Shown in pieces: positions 62,312 to 64,000 of a stretch of DNA of 64,000 nt. Positions within the stretch are counted from its first letter, which is position 1. Every line of letters starts with the position of its first letter. The translations under genes were made by a program, and so were the position numbers. The notes below the pieces were generated by a model. The model was given only the letters and a program-made list of their open reading frames with translations. It had not been told where the DNA came from and searched no databases. The stretch comes from Okamejei kenojei (Eukaryota), in contig CM069137.1 of the NCBI GenBank assembly GCA_035221665.1, forward strand, positions 76,756,001 through 76,820,000, in the 5' to 3' direction.

Positions 62312-62994
62312 CTAATTCGAAATAAAAGATTGAAACTGTTAGCAAACTGAGAATATGAGTATTTGTCATATAAAAAATAACTAGGCAATTAACTACAGGC
62401 AAGACAAATGATCTAGTTCAAATGACCACTGGTTTTTAATCCTAATAATCTTTTGTAATTCTCAAAACTTTGAGGAATTTATTGAAGTCATTAACAAATT
62501 TAATAGCTACAAAATATTAAAAATTGCATTAAAGTTCCATACATTTTTGTTTCATAAATGTTTGAATATCTTTAGCCTTCCCTTTATTATAAGCTAATAT
62601 TTTTCTGGATAACAAATGTATATAATTAAAAGCTGAATAAGTTAATTATTATTGTTTTTGTTATTCTATTTTTCAATCTGATTTTAATACTCCAGAATTA
62701 ATAGTCCATTATCTTAAGTAGTCTAAAAGATAACAAAGGATCTATTTTTAATAGCAGCCAACCATGTATACAGTTTTAATTTTTATAAAATGTCACTACA
62801 CTACGGTACAAATGCACAGTACTGATTTGAATGATTCTTGCTTAAATGCTATTCTGAGGTTTCATTAAGATTATTACGATTAGAATAGCAAACAGTAATG
62901 TCTTTGCCCTAGTGGTATATGTATGTGAATGTTATTTGTTGTCAAACTGTTTATACCCTGCACTTCAGGTTTCAAAAATTAATCTCTTGCTCCT

Positions 62995-63632
62995 CATAAG
63001 ATCATTAGGTCATAAGCGATTGGAGTAGAATTAGGCCATTCGGCCCATGAAGTCAATTCCGCCATTCAATCATGGCTGATCTATCTTTCCTTCCTATCCC
63101 CATTCTCCTGCCTTCTTTCTCTCCATAACTTCAGACCCCCATACTAATGAAGAATCTATCTATCTCTGCCTTAAATATATCCATTGAGTTTGCATGTGGC
63201 AAATAATTCCACAGATTCACCACCCTCTGACTAAAGAAATTCCTCCTCAAGTGTTCAAGAGAGCGCAAGAGACATTTATTGTCACATGCACCAATTGCTA
63301 CAGTGAAATGTGGGTTACCATACAGCCATACAAATAAAAAAGAACACACACGTTAGACTTTAACATAAACATCCCCACACAGCGGAATCAAAGTTTCCCA
63401 CTGTGAGGAAAGGCACCAAAGTTCAGTCAACCCCCTCATCTCCTTCCTAAAAAAATGTCCTTTAATTCTGAGGCTATGACCTCTAGACCTACACTCTTCC
63501 ACTAGTGGAAACATCCTCTTCACATCCACTCTATCCAAGCCTTTCACTATTCCGTATGTTTCAACATGGTCCCCTCTCATTCTTCTAAACTCCAGCGAAT
63601 ATAGGCCCAGTGCCGTCAAACACTCCTTTGTT
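62995..63632 (-). mobile_element. CR1 3' fragment with nested insertion
   Basis: [19 protein letters not shown]; [17 protein letters not shown]; CATAAG-type tail. Confidence 0.87.
63250..63430 (-). mobile_element. retroelement 3' tail inserted in CR1
   Basis: TSD CC(T/C)CCTCA (63242, 63431); CAAGAGA-like tail beside TTTATTGTCAC. Confidence 0.68.
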
Positions 63633-64000
63633 TCCATGCCACATTTCTATTTCACTGCTGTCAAATTTCAGATCAGTACAAATATAGTTTTACAGGGCAC
63701 CTAACTCTGAACAAAATTTGTAGATTGAAGTGGCATATAATAAATCATTTATATAAAGATAGCAAATTACATAAGTACAGTTAGGACATTTAATCTCAAA
63801 ATGATGGGTCTGCTAATGTTTCTGTAAACCATAAACACCATCATTACGATAAACAAAAATAGAGTTAGATCATGACGTAATTTCATTTTAGTATTGTATA
63901 ACAGATTTCCTTTTTTTGTTTTCTGTGGATGTGAATTAATTTAAACAGAAACTATGGAATTAAGTGGTAAAGTATGTTTAATTCTATTTGATGGAAGGAT

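Noticed and set aside
62312-64000. Cronos first exon inside this intron
   Set aside because: No ATG followed by a strong phase-0 donor found; the expected site is probably further upstream.
1-64000. tRNA, rRNA, snoRNA or a nested protein-coding gene
   Set aside because: None recognisable by eye; an Infernal/tRNAscan run would be needed to exclude small RNAs.

Overview
Eukaryotic genomic DNA. The whole window is an internal part of a titin (ttn) gene on the minus strand, most likely from a cartilaginous fish (skate/ray-type CR1, Rex1-like and Penelope relics; taxon is inferred). I placed 86 exons by splice signals and phase. They join into one continuous frame of 28,583 nt (about 9,527 codons), open at both window ends. 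The protein runs from the distal tandem-Ig segment through the I/A junction and six 7-domain D-zone super-repeats into two complete and one partial 11-domain C-zone super-repeats. Exon labels (ex241-ex326) are human NM_001267550 equivalents, counted back from the giant exon from memory, and need checking. Introns hold decayed, often nested retroelements and MITEs. I found no convincing new biological system. The best leads are Penelope-derived minimal hammerhead ribozyme motifs lying antisense to titin, a perfect 43-bp fold-back palindrome, two inverted CR1 pairs bracketing exon groups (circRNA/skipping candidates), a GC-AG intron and a 33-nt microexon.
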